Below are positions 18,150 through 26,814 of a DNA stretch of 38,334 nucleotides, piece by piece. How positions within the stretch are numbered: the first letter of the stretch is position 1; each line of letters opens with the position of its first letter. The notes under the pieces are model-generated. The model saw only the letters and a list, made by a program, of their open reading frames with translations, was not told the DNA's origin and searched no databases. Source of the stretch: Candidatus Thermofontivivens primus (GTDB lineage Bacteria; Sysuimicrobiota; Sysuimicrobiia; Sysuimicrobiales; Thermofontiviventaceae); assembly GCA_031458695.1 (NCBI GenBank), contig JAVKJW010000021.1, forward strand, positions 1 through 38,334, read 5' to 3'. The translations under genes and the position numbers were made by a program.

Positions 18150-18929
18150 ATGGACCTTGCAAGAACCTATGAAGATGGCAGGGGCATTCTTGCGGGGAGC
18201 GGGACGAACCAGGTGACGGACGACCGAACCAGCGAGAACCCGCAGAGGGAACGGGTCCTCACAACGCGGAAGGACTGGTTCACTTGGCTGGCCGATGTCT
18301 CCGATGCGCTGTGCGCCGTCTCTCTGGACTCCCGTATCATGGCCTGGAACCGTGCGGCGGAGGAGCTGTTCGGAGTAAAGGCGGCTCAGGCTCTTGGCCG
18401 ACGTTGTTACGAGATCGTTGGCGGCCGGGATCCTAGCGGGAGGGCGGTATGTCGCCACAACTGCGCGGTGCTGAGGGCTGCTGCAGAGGGTCGGTGTGCG
18501 GTACCTGAGGAGATCATCGTCTTTCCCCGGAACCGGGGAAGCCCTCGCTGGCTCACCACAAGCCTCATCGTCCTCCGCCACAGAAGTCGACCCGTTGCCA
18601 TCCTCCACCTCTTCCGCGATGTGACCAAGTCTACACATGTTTCACGGGTGGGGTCCCGTATCCTCGCCGTTCTCACGGGGAGGGACGAGGACATGAGCTT
18701 TGCCCCTGCCCTTCAACCTCTGACCCCACGGGAGCGGGAGGTTCTCCTTCTCCTGTGCCAGGGGGTCGGAACCCAGGAGATCGCCACCAGACTCTCCATT
18801 AGCCGCGCCACGGTACGGAACCACGTGCGCAGCATCCTCAGCAAGCTCGGCGTCCACACAAGGCTGGAAGCTGTTTCCTTCTTGCTTAGCCGCGCCCTTA
18901 AGGGCCTCGTCCCCCTGGGTGGAGAGTAA
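18150..18929 (+). CDS. PAS-domain LuxR/NarL-type HTH regulator
   Basis: WNRAAEELFG PAS with C-x14-C-x3-C-x10-C; LTPREREVL..G....EIA..LSIS.ATVRNHV..ILSKLGV.TR; start uncertain. Confidence 0.9.
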   Translation: MDLARTYEDGRGILAGSGTNQVTDDRTSENPQRERVLTTRKDWFTWLADVSDALCAVSLDSRIMAWNRAAEELFGVKAAQALGRRCYEIVGGRDPSGRAVCRHNCAVLRAAAEGRCAVPEEIIVFPRNRGSPRWLTTSLIVLRHRSRPVAILHLFRDVTKSTHVSRVGSRILAVLTGRDEDMSFAPALQPLTPREREVLLLLCQGVGTQEIATRLSISRATVRNHVRSILSKLGVHTRLEAVSFLLSRALKGLVPLGGE

Positions 18930-18938
18930 TAGAACGGA

Positions 18939-18983
18939 ATAGTACATTTGGATCACGTCCTTCGTTCGCTGGGAGTATATAAT
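18939..18983 (+). promoter_or_regulatory. 18-bp box, copy 1, plus -10 element
   Basis: ATAGTACATTTGGATCAC (18939-18956), 21 nt, TATAAT (18978-18983). Confidence 0.75.
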
Positions 18984-19101
18984 CGGGTTGGGGTATCCCC
19001 ATAGCGGGACTCCCTCCTGGTTTCATGGCGGAGATGGAGGTGGCCCGGTGAAATCTCTTGCGAGATTTCGCTGGGCATATGCCTTCGGTAGAGGTGGCGA
19101 A

Positions 19102-19239
19102 ATGAGCATCGACCACGAGGTCTACCGGAAGGCCAAGGAGAAGGAAGAACAGGGCCAACCCCTCACTGCTGAGGAGATCGCCGCGATCTACATGCACGAG
19201 CAGGAAGTCCTCTGTGAACTCTGCCGCAAGGCCAAGTAA
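19102..19239 (+). CDS. 45-aa microprotein with C-terminal CxxC
   Basis: MSIDHEVYRKAKEKEEQGQPLTAEEIAAIYMHEQEVLCELCRKAK; AGAGGT SD; genome-like codon usage; alternative GTG at 19048. Confidence 0.7.
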   Translation: MSIDHEVYRKAKEKEEQGQPLTAEEIAAIYMHEQEVLCELCRKAK

Positions 19240-19261
19240 GGCCCTGTCTTGTTGTTTCTTC

Positions 19262-19290
19262 TTGTGTCCGGGTGGCATCTTTGCTACCAT
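19262..19290 (+). promoter_or_regulatory. candidate promoter of the acd-ior operon
   Basis: TTGTGT, 17 nt ending TGC, TACCAT. Confidence 0.45.
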
Positions 19291-19318
19291 CATGCGGGGG
19301 TGGGGGTTTTCAGGATCC

Positions 19319-19347
19319 CCGGCAAAAGGGGAGTAGCCTGTTGCCGG
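19319..19347. promoter_or_regulatory. CCGGCAA-N15-TTGCCGG inverted repeat, copy 2 (acdA leader)
   Basis: Immediately upstream of the AAGGAGG SD. Confidence 0.4.
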
Positions 19348-19370
19348 GATAGTAAGGAGGAGATCCCCCG

Positions 19371-20762
19371 CTGACGGCACTCGATGCTCTCTTCAACCCG
19401 GCAAGCATTGCCGTCGTAGGAGCGAGCCGGGATCCCACCAAGCCCGGCGGCTTCATCTTACGGTACCTTCTGGAGAGCACGGCACGTGTATATCCTGTTC
19501 ATCCTACGGTCTCCGAGATCCACGGTGTGCCCTGTTACCCCTCACTCGACGCCGTCCCTGAACCCGTTGACCTAGCCGTTGTGGCCACGCCTGTGAGCGC
19601 TGTTCCCCGCGTGATCCAGGACTGCGTCCGTCGCGGCGTACGCGTCGCCATCCTCGTCGCGGGAGGGTTTGGGGAGACAGGGGAGGAGGGCCGCCAGCGG
19701 GAGGAAGAGTTGGTGCGCATCGCCAGGACGGGAGGGATGCGCATTCTCGGGCCCAATACCCTTGGCGTCCTAGTTCCCCGTTCCGGTCTTGACACGTTGT
19801 TCATTGTTCGGGAGAAGGCTCCCCGGCCGGGACCCGGTCCCATCGCCTTCATCTCCCAGAGCGGGGCCATTGCTGTGACACGCATGAGCGCGGCGGCTTG
19901 GGAGGGGATCGGGTTCCATTCGTTCGTGGGGCTGGGCAACCGTGCGGATATCCAAGAGAATGAGCTGCTGGCCTACCTGGCAACTCAGCCCGGCGTGGGC
20001 AGTGTTGCGATGTATCTGGAGAGCTTCGCGGATGGGGCTGGCTTTTTCGACCTCGCTCGGGAGGTGAGCACTCGCCTGCCGCTCTCCCTGGTCAAAGCTG
20101 GCCGTAGCCCGGGCGGTGCCAAGGCGGCTTCCCTTCATACCGGCTCCCTTTCTGGTTCCGAGCGAGTGGTGGGTGGAGTCCTCCGCCAGGCCGGCGTCTA
20201 CAGGGCATACGATGACGAGGAGCTCATTGATGTGGCCTGGGCTATGGCTTGTCTCCCACTCCCCCGGGGAGACCGTGTGGCCGTGGTGGTATCTGCAGGG
20301 GGGCATGGTGTCATGCTGGCCGACTTTCTGGAAGCGGCGGAGCACTCTGTGGGGTTGCGCTTGGCGAGCTTTTCAGAGAGGACCCAGGAGAAGCTCCGGC
20401 GGGAGGTCCTCCCGTTCGCTTCCGTGGCGAATCCGATCGACCTGACCGCCAGCGCGACCCTTCCCATGTACGAGCGGGTGCTGTCCATCCTCGCAGAGGA
20501 GCCAAGCGTGGACGCTGTGTTGTGCTCTGTCCAGGTGGAGCCCCCGGGCTTGGACGAGCGGCTCGTGGATGTGATCATCGCGTACGCCCGCGCCACTGCA
20601 AAGCCCGTTGTTGCAGCCTCCATTGGAGGGGAAGCGAGCTTAAGGGTTCGCCGCGCCCTCAACCGTGCCGGTGTCCCCGCGTACCCATCCCTGTGGCGGG
20701 CGGCGAGGGCTCTGGGGGCAGTGGTGGAGCGAGCGCGCAGGCTTCACCCTGAATGGTTTTGA
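19371..20762 (+). CDS. acdA: ADP-forming acyl-CoA synthetase alpha subunit (CoA-binding), probable CTG start
   Basis: Frame extends upstream of 19527 as LTALDALFNPASIAVVGASRDPTKPG; GPN.LG, ISQSG, KAGRS..G.KAASLHTGSL (phospho-His), NPIDLT. Confidence 0.88.
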   Translation: MTALDALFNPASIAVVGASRDPTKPGGFILRYLLESTARVYPVHPTVSEIHGVPCYPSLDAVPEPVDLAVVATPVSAVPRVIQDCVRRGVRVAILVAGGFGETGEEGRQREEELVRIARTGGMRILGPNTLGVLVPRSGLDTLFIVREKAPRPGPGPIAFISQSGAIAVTRMSAAAWEGIGFHSFVGLGNRADIQENELLAYLATQPGVGSVAMYLESFADGAGFFDLAREVSTRLPLSLVKAGRSPGGAKAASLHTGSLSGSERVVGGVLRQAGVYRAYDDEELIDVAWAMACLPLPRGDRVAVVVSAGGHGVMLADFLEAAEHSVGLRLASFSERTQEKLRREVLPFASVANPIDLTASATLPMYERVLSILAEEPSVDAVLCSVQVEPPGLDERLVDVIIAYARATAKPVVAASIGGEASLRVRRALNRAGVPAYPSLWRAARALGAVVERARRLHPEWF

Positions 20763-20825
20763 CCGTCCATCGCCGTCTCATCCTCTGCGCATCAGGTGGA
20801 TCGACGCGAAGGAGGCGCGACCAGG

Positions 20826-22799
20826 ATGGAGAGGGTACAAGAGCGCTTGCTTTCTGAGAATTCCACGCGCAAGCTCTTCCTGGGGAACGAGGCCATCGTT
20901 CGCGGGGCCCTTGAGGCGGGCTTGGACTTCGCAGCGGCTTATCCAGGGACGCCCTCCTCGGAGATCGCTGATCTCCTCGCCGAGCTGAGCGCAGCTGGAG
21001 GACCTCGTTTCGTCTGGGCAGTGAATGAGAAGGTCGCCTTGGAGATGGCTGCGGCGGCAGCCGCCTCTGGGTTGCGCGCCCTGACAGCGATGAAGCATGT
21101 CGGGCTCAACGTAGCGGCAGACGCCCTCATGAGCGTTGCCTACACTGGGACGCGCGGAGGGTTCGTCATTGTGACAGCAGATGATCCTTCCTGCCACTCC
21201 TCCCAGAATGAGCAGGACAACCGCTACTACGCGCGCCTCGCAGGGATCCCCATGCTGGAACCCTCCTCCCCCCAGGAGGCCCTAGAGATGACCCGGGCGG
21301 CATTCCCGCTTTCGGAAGAGCTCCTCCTTCCGGTCCTCTTGCGCATCACCACGCGGGTGGCGCACACCCGGTCCCCTGTGACAACGGGCCCTCTCCACCG
21401 GCCCCGCGGTGAGTTCCGGCGCGGCCGCTTCCTCAAAGATCCCGGACAGTGGGTGGTGGTCCCGGATGTGGCACGACAGGCACACCGTGCCCTCCTGGCT
21501 AAGCTGGAACGGGCAGAGGAGTTTGCAGTCAACTCGGCGTTCAACACGATGCACTGGTTGGAAGGGAAGGGGAGCTCCGCTTCCGATGCGATCTTGGGTA
21601 TCCTGAGCTCCGGTGTGGCGAGAGCATACGTGCGCGAGGCCCTTGAGGAGATCCTCCTCCAGAGGCCGCTCAGGGTCCTGTTCCTGGAGGTGGGATTCTC
21701 CTATCCCACGCCTCGCGCGCTCCTCCGGGAGTTCCTGGAGCGCGTAGAGCGGGTTTTGGTGGTCGAGGAGCTAGAACCCCTCTTGGAGCAGGAGGTCCGC
21801 GCCCTCGCCGGAGAGGCTGGGTACGGCGTCCCGATTTACGGGAAGCTGACCGGCCACCTCCCTCGGTTCCACGAGTTTCGCCCGGAACTCGTGGAAGAGG
21901 CGATCTGGACCGTCCTCGAACCCACACGTCCCCGCTCTCGCTCTGTGGTTCCAAGTGGTGCAACGAGGGTACAACCGCCCCCACGGCCGCCAGTGCTTTG
22001 TCCCGGCTGCCCGCACCGGCACACCTACTACGCCGCGCACAGGGCAGCCCGCGTTGTCGCAAGACGCCTCAGAACAAACGATGGGCTACCCATCTTCCCT
22101 ACCGACATTGGCTGTTACACCCTAGGTCTCGCCAAGCCTTACGAGATGGCCGACTACCTCCTCTGCATGGGTTCGAGCGTGGGGTCTGGGTGTGGTTTCT
22201 CCATGGCAACGGATCAACCTGTGTTGAGCTTCATTGGGGATTCTACCTTCTTCCACGCAGGGTTACCTGCGCTTGTGCAGGCGGTGCACCACAACTCCCC
22301 GCTCACCCTCGTCGTCTTGGACAACGGCACAACGGCCATGACCGGTCACCAGCCTCACCCTGGGGCTGGGGGTGGAAAACCAGGAGCAGGTCAGGTGGAC
22401 GTCTCCATCGAGGAGACGGCAAGGGGGATGGGAGTCCAGTGGATCCGCGTGGTGGACCCCAACGACCTCCAGGCCACCCAGCGTGTCATCGAGGAGGCCA
22501 TGCTTTTCCCTGGCCCCTCGGTCGTCGTGGCACGGGCTCCGTGTATCCTCCAGGAGGTTGCCCAAAAACGCCGGAAGGGCGAGGCCATCAAGCCCTATAC
22601 CATCAACCCAGAACGGTGCACCGCCTGCATGGTGTGTGTGCGACGGTTCGCCTGCCCAGCAATCCTTGCAGAAAATGGAGTGGTTTGGATCGACCCGGAA
22701 CAGTGTACCGGATGCGGGGTTTGTGCTCAGGTTTGCCCAAAGGATGCCATCGTTCTGGCTCCGTTGGCAAGGGACGATGGCGGGGAGGTCCACGTATGA
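20826..22799 (+). CDS. iorA: indolepyruvate:ferredoxin oxidoreductase alpha subunit
   Basis: LGNEAI, YPGTPSSE, MKHVGLNVAAD, SSQNEQD, RPPVLCPGCPHR, DIGCY, GDSTFFHAG, C-terminal 2x[4Fe-4S]. Confidence 0.95.
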   Translation: MERVQERLLSENSTRKLFLGNEAIVRGALEAGLDFAAAYPGTPSSEIADLLAELSAAGGPRFVWAVNEKVALEMAAAAAASGLRALTAMKHVGLNVAADALMSVAYTGTRGGFVIVTADDPSCHSSQNEQDNRYYARLAGIPMLEPSSPQEALEMTRAAFPLSEELLLPVLLRITTRVAHTRSPVTTGPLHRPRGEFRRGRFLKDPGQWVVVPDVARQAHRALLAKLERAEEFAVNSAFNTMHWLEGKGSSASDAILGILSSGVARAYVREALEEILLQRPLRVLFLEVGFSYPTPRALLREFLERVERVLVVEELEPLLEQEVRALAGEAGYGVPIYGKLTGHLPRFHEFRPELVEEAIWTVLEPTRPRSRSVVPSGATRVQPPPRPPVLCPGCPHRHTYYAAHRAARVVARRLRTNDGLPIFPTDIGCYTLGLAKPYEMADYLLCMGSSVGSGCGFSMATDQPVLSFIGDSTFFHAGLPALVQAVHHNSPLTLVVLDNGTTAMTGHQPHPGAGGGKPGAGQVDVSIEETARGMGVQWIRVVDPNDLQATQRVIEEAMLFPGPSVVVARAPCILQEVAQKRRKGEAIKPYTINPERCTACMVCVRRFACPAILAENGVVWIDPEQCTGCGVCAQVCPKDAIVLAPLARDDGGEVHV

Positions 22800-23440
22800 A
22801 GTACCAGATTGTGGTGGCAGGAGTGGGAGGTCAGGGTGTGTTGCTCACCGCCCGCATCCTTGCGGAGGCAGCCATGGACGAAGGGCAAATGGTCTGGGTG
22901 GGCGAGGTTCATGGGATGGCTCAGCGGGGTGGGTCCGTGGTGGCCACAGTACGGATCGGGGATGTGTGGGGACCGTTGATCAAACCAGGAGGTGCAGACG
23001 CCCTGGTAGCCCTAGAGCTGGCAGAGGCTCTGCGGTGCCGGGAGTACCTAAGCCCCAGAAGTATAGTTGTTGTAGGCACGCGGCGGATCCCCCCTGTCCC
23101 GGTGAACGTGGGCCAGGCAAAGTATCCGTCAACGGAGGAGGTTCTCGAAGCTCTCCGGGAGGTGGCAGAGAACGTCGTGGCAGTCGACGCGGTTTCCATC
23201 GCACGTTTTGCTGGCATGGGAAAGGCCGAGAACATGGTCCTTCTGGGTGTCTTGGCCGGGGTAGGGGTTCTGCCGCTACGGCCCGAAAGTCTCCTCGATG
23301 CGGCTTCTCGACTCCTGCCCCCGGAGACCCTCGAGGCCAACCGACGGGCGTTCTTCGCGGGCATGGACGAAGCTCGCCGCCATCTGTGGAGGGAATCTGG
23401 GAAGGGGAGAGAGGATTTCCCTCCCGCCCAGACTGCCTGA
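22796..23440 (+). CDS. iorB: indolepyruvate:ferredoxin oxidoreductase beta subunit
   Basis: GVGGQG, EVHGMAQRGGSV, NMVLLG; ATGA overlap with iorA. Confidence 0.95.
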   Translation: MKYQIVVAGVGGQGVLLTARILAEAAMDEGQMVWVGEVHGMAQRGGSVVATVRIGDVWGPLIKPGGADALVALELAEALRCREYLSPRSIVVVGTRRIPPVPVNVGQAKYPSTEEVLEALREVAENVVAVDAVSIARFAGMGKAENMVLLGVLAGVGVLPLRPESLLDAASRLLPPETLEANRRAFFAGMDEARRHLWRESGKGREDFPPAQTA

Positions 23441-23452
23441 GGAAGCCCAGAT

Positions 23453-24103
23453 ATGAAGCTGTCCATGGCTGAGCATGAGCTCAAGGCCATCCTGGCGAAC
23501 CTGGGCATCAAGGTTCCACCTTCCCTCGTCCTCTACCCAGGCGATCCTCTTCCTCCCTCGCTCCCTTTTGGATATCCTGTGGTGGCCAAGGTCTCCTCCA
23601 CTTCCCTTTTCCATAAGACAGAGGCGGGGGCGCTGCGCCTCAATGTGGCGGATCCCGTTGAACTTGCCCAGGCAATCCAGGACCTGCGGGCCCTGTTTCC
23701 CAACGAACCTCTCCTCGTTGAGGCAATGGAACGCCCTGGAGTGGAGGCGATCGTCGGGTTCTTTCACGACCCCACTTTCGGGCTCTGCGTCATGGTAGGG
23801 GTTGGGGGGATCTACGCAGAGCTTTACCAGGACGTGGTCTTTCGCCGCCTCCCTGTCACAGCTGGGGATGTCGAGGCGATGCTCAACGAGTTGCGCGGCC
23901 GTGCCCTGTTTGAAGGATTTCGTGGAATGCGCGCGAGCCGCCAGGCCCTGGTGGAAGTGGTGTTGAAGGCAAGCAGATGGGTCCAGGAGAACGCAAGGAG
24001 CATTGGTCAGATGGACCTTAACCCTGTGTTCGTCCGTGAGGAGGATGCGGTCGTCATCGACGCAAAGCTCTTGGCACGTGAAGAACCAACCACAGAGAAA
24101 TAG
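23453..24103 (+). CDS. acdB: ADP-forming acyl-CoA synthetase beta subunit (ATP-grasp)
   Basis: GYPVVAK..S....HKTEAG, DPTFG..VM.G.GG...E...D, MDLNPV, VIDAK. Confidence 0.88.
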   Translation: MKLSMAEHELKAILANLGIKVPPSLVLYPGDPLPPSLPFGYPVVAKVSSTSLFHKTEAGALRLNVADPVELAQAIQDLRALFPNEPLLVEAMERPGVEAIVGFFHDPTFGLCVMVGVGGIYAELYQDVVFRRLPVTAGDVEAMLNELRGRALFEGFRGMRASRQALVEVVLKASRWVQENARSIGQMDLNPVFVREEDAVVIDAKLLAREEPTTEK

Positions 24104-24144
24104 TCCATTTGGATCATGCGAGGAAGGAGAGCAATAGGTACAAT
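24100..24144 (+). promoter_or_regulatory. 18-bp box, copy 2, plus -10 element
   Basis: ATAGTCCATTTGGATCAT (24100-24117), 21 nt, TACAAT (24139-24144). Confidence 0.75.
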
Positions 24145-24192
24145 AACCGCAGAGGTGCAAAGGAGAACATTGCGCTCCAGGGGGGGAAAGGT

Positions 24193-24411
24193 GTGATTGT
24201 GTTCAAGGAGCGCACATATCTGTCGCGGAAGGAGGTTGCGGAGCTGTTCGATGTGTCGCCCTCCACGGTCACGCGGTGGGCGAAGATTAAGAAGTTACCC
24301 TGCGTGCTCACCCTGGGGGGTCAGCGGCGTTACCCCCGGGAGGAGGTAGAACGCCTGGTCCGGGAGTTCCTGGGTAAGCCGGAGATCCCAAAGAGGCGGA
24401 GGTCACGCTAG
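24193..24411 (+). CDS. BldC-like MerR/excisionase-type HTH protein
   Basis: EVAELFDVSPSTVTRWAK..KL....TLGGQRRY.REEVE; GTG start 24193 or 24199. Confidence 0.85.
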   Translation: MIVFKERTYLSRKEVAELFDVSPSTVTRWAKIKKLPCVLTLGGQRRYPREEVERLVREFLGKPEIPKRRRSR

Positions 24412-24549
24412 GTTCACCCTCTCCTCTCTCCGAACCATTCGAAGGACGAGCGGACTCAGGGCTTCACGCCGGACCATCGTCGCAGCAAGGATCGGATCCG
24501 TGATGAACGGAGCAGCGAGTGGAATTCGGCGAGTTGAGGGAGACATTCT

Positions 24550-24804
24550 ATGCGTACACCGCTAAACGCCGCCACGGTGAAAATCCCCAAAGGTCAGGTT
24601 TTCATTCTCCCCGAGCGATGCAAGGGATGTCGTTTCTGCATTGATTTCTGCCCCAAGGAAGTCCTCATGGAATCGCCCTCCATGAACTCCAAAGGTTACC
24701 ACTATCCCATTGTGCGGCCTGGAAAAGAAGAAGCATGTGTGCACTGTGGCTTTTGCACAGTGATCTGTCCTGAATTCGCCATCTACACCGTGGAGATGAT
24801 GTGA
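24550..24804 (+). CDS. korD: 2-oxoacid:ferredoxin oxidoreductase delta (ferredoxin) subunit
   Basis: CKGCRFCIDFCP, N.KGYHYP, CVHCGFCTVICPEFAI. Confidence 0.9.
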   Translation: MRTPLNAATVKIPKGQVFILPERCKGCRFCIDFCPKEVLMESPSMNSKGYHYPIVRPGKEEACVHCGFCTVICPEFAIYTVEMM

Positions 24805-25991
24805 TCATGAGCAAACGAGTGCTCACAGGTCGGCACTTCATGATGGGAGATGTCGCGTGTGCGGAAGGGGCGCTAGCCGCAGGATGTACCTTCTTCGCCG
24901 GCTACCCCATCACTCCCTCCACGGAGATCGCCGAACGATTGGCCAGGCGGCTTCCGGAGGTGGGTGGCCACTACATCCAGATGGAGGACGAGCTGGCGAG
25001 CATGGCTGCCATCATTGGTGCCTCCTGGGCCGGGGCAAAGGCGATGACGGCAACTTCAGGCCCTGGGTTTAGCCTGATGATGGAGAACATCGGATTAGCC
25101 GTGATGATGGAAACCCCCTGCGTCGTCGTGGACATCCAGCGCGGCAGTCCTTCCACAGGGCTTCCCACGCTCACAGGGCAGAGCGATGTGATGCAGGCGA
25201 AGTGGGGTTCCCATGGGGACTATGAGATCATTGCCTACGCTCCCGCGTCGTGCCAGGAGATGTTTGACCTGACGATCCGGGCCTTCAACATGGCAGAGCG
25301 GTTCCGCAACCCGGTCCTGATCATGGCCGACGAAGTGGTTGGCCACATGACCGAGCGCGTGGTGATCCCACCAGAGGAGGCCATTGAACGGTGGGAGCGG
25401 CCGAGGCCCATGGTCCCTCCGGGAGAGCATTTCCTCCCCTTCGCCGCGGGAGAGGACCTTGTTCCCCCGATGCCGCGGGCGGGCGAGGGATACCGGATCT
25501 ATGTGGAGAGCCTCACCCACGACGAGCGCGGATACCCGGTGATGAGTCCGGAGGTCCACGACAGGTTGGTGCGCCGGCTCAACGAGAAGATCCGCCGGGC
25601 CTACGATCAGATCATCGACTACGAGCTTTCCGAGGTGGAGGATGCGGAGATCATCGTAATCTCCTACGGGTCCACGGCGCGGTCCGCGCGCCAGGCCGCG
25701 CGCATCGCCAGGAAGGAGGGGATGCGCGTGGGGACGCTCCGGCTGATCACCCTGTGGCCTTTTCCCGGCAGGGTCGTTGAGGAGCTTTCTGCAAGGATCC
25801 GCGCGTTCGTTGTTGCCGAGCTGAACCTTGGCCAGATGGCCCGAGAGGTGGAGCGCTTCACCGACCGGCCCGTGTTCCGGGCGAACCACGCAGGAGGCAT
25901 GATGATGCCTCCAGAGCTGATCCTGGCCAGTATTGAGGAGGCTTACCGGGATGCCAAAGGAAGCCGTCGTCAGTACGCATCCATTAGATGA
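24801..25991 (+). CDS. korA: 2-oxoacid:ferredoxin oxidoreductase alpha subunit
   Basis: GYPITPSTE, QMEDELAS, TATSGPGFSLM, QRGSPSTGLPT. Confidence 0.93.
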   Translation: MIMSKRVLTGRHFMMGDVACAEGALAAGCTFFAGYPITPSTEIAERLARRLPEVGGHYIQMEDELASMAAIIGASWAGAKAMTATSGPGFSLMMENIGLAVMMETPCVVVDIQRGSPSTGLPTLTGQSDVMQAKWGSHGDYEIIAYAPASCQEMFDLTIRAFNMAERFRNPVLIMADEVVGHMTERVVIPPEEAIERWERPRPMVPPGEHFLPFAAGEDLVPPMPRAGEGYRIYVESLTHDERGYPVMSPEVHDRLVRRLNEKIRRAYDQIIDYELSEVEDAEIIVISYGSTARSARQAARIARKEGMRVGTLRLITLWPFPGRVVEELSARIRAFVVAELNLGQMAREVERFTDRPVFRANHAGGMMMPPELILASIEEAYRDAKGSRRQYASIR

Positions 25992-26814
25992 GGTCCTCCG
26001 GACGGACCGCCTTCCACATATCTGGTGCCCGGGGTGTGGCCTGGGCACGGTGATGGGAGCATTCGCCCGTGCGATGCTAGCCTCGGGCATCCCTCTGGAC
26101 CAACATGTCGTCGTCTCGGGGATTGGATGCACGGGGAGGGTCCCCGGCTACCTCAAGGTGGATGGATTCCACACGACCCATGGCCGGGCGATTCCGTTCG
26201 CCACGGGCTTAGTCATCGCCAACCCCGAGTTAAAGGTGACGGTCTTCAGCGGCGATGGGGACCTCGTAGCCATTGGAGGCAACCACCTCATCCATGCGGC
26301 CCGCCGGAACATCGACTTGAACGTGATCTGCGTCAACAACTTCAACTATGGGATGACGGGGGGACAACTTGGCCCCACAACCCCCAAGGGTGCGATCACC
26401 ACGACCTCGCCGTACGGGTTCCCCGAGGATCCCTTTAACCTTCCCCATCTCCTTGCATCGCTTGGGGCAGTGTTTGTCGCACGGTGGACTACCCTTCACG
26501 TGCGCCAGCTGGAGGAGACAATGATCCGGGCGTTCCACAAGCGTGGGTTCCGGTTCATCGAGGTGCTCGCTCCCTGTCCCGTGGGGTTTGGAAGGCCGAA
26601 CGACATGGGGGAGGGCCTGGACGAGATGTGGTTCTACCGCCGCCAAGCAGATTACGATCCTCAGGCGGCGCTGGAGATGCTTGAAGTGAGCATGCATAAA
26701 GATTCCAAGGTCATCTGCGGCGTGTTTGTGGACACCGAGCGGCCCACGTACATGGACAACTACCACAAGTACGTACTCAGCAAGGTCATGGGAGGGAAAT
26801 CCGGTGCGGCGTGA
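25951..26814 (+). CDS. korB: 2-oxoacid:ferredoxin oxidoreductase beta subunit (TPP)
   Basis: WCPGCG, SGIGC, HGRA, GDGD..AIGGNHLIHAARRN, YGMTGGQ. Confidence 0.93.
   Translation: MPKEAVVSTHPLDEVLRTDRLPHIWCPGCGLGTVMGAFARAMLASGIPLDQHVVVSGIGCTGRVPGYLKVDGFHTTHGRAIPFATGLVIANPELKVTVFSGDGDLVAIGGNHLIHAARRNIDLNVICVNNFNYGMTGGQLGPTTPKGAITTTSPYGFPEDPFNLPHLLASLGAVFVARWTTLHVRQLEETMIRAFHKRGFRFIEVLAPCPVGFGRPNDMGEGLDEMWFYRRQADYDPQAALEMLEVSMHKDSKVICGVFVDTERPTYMDNYHKYVLSKVMGGKSGAA

Noticed and set aside
19324..19345. yybP-ykoY (Mn) riboswitch suggested by AAAAGGGGAGTAGC
   Set aside because: The rest of the aptamer is absent; the SD and coding sequence start within 30 nt; the downstream gene is not a typical target.
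21998..22795. N-terminal extensions in the ORF track (iorB 480 aa, etfB 373 aa, bldC-like 100 aa, speD 187 aa)
   Set aside because: They overlap upstream genes or promoters; conserved domains and SD sequences point to later starts.
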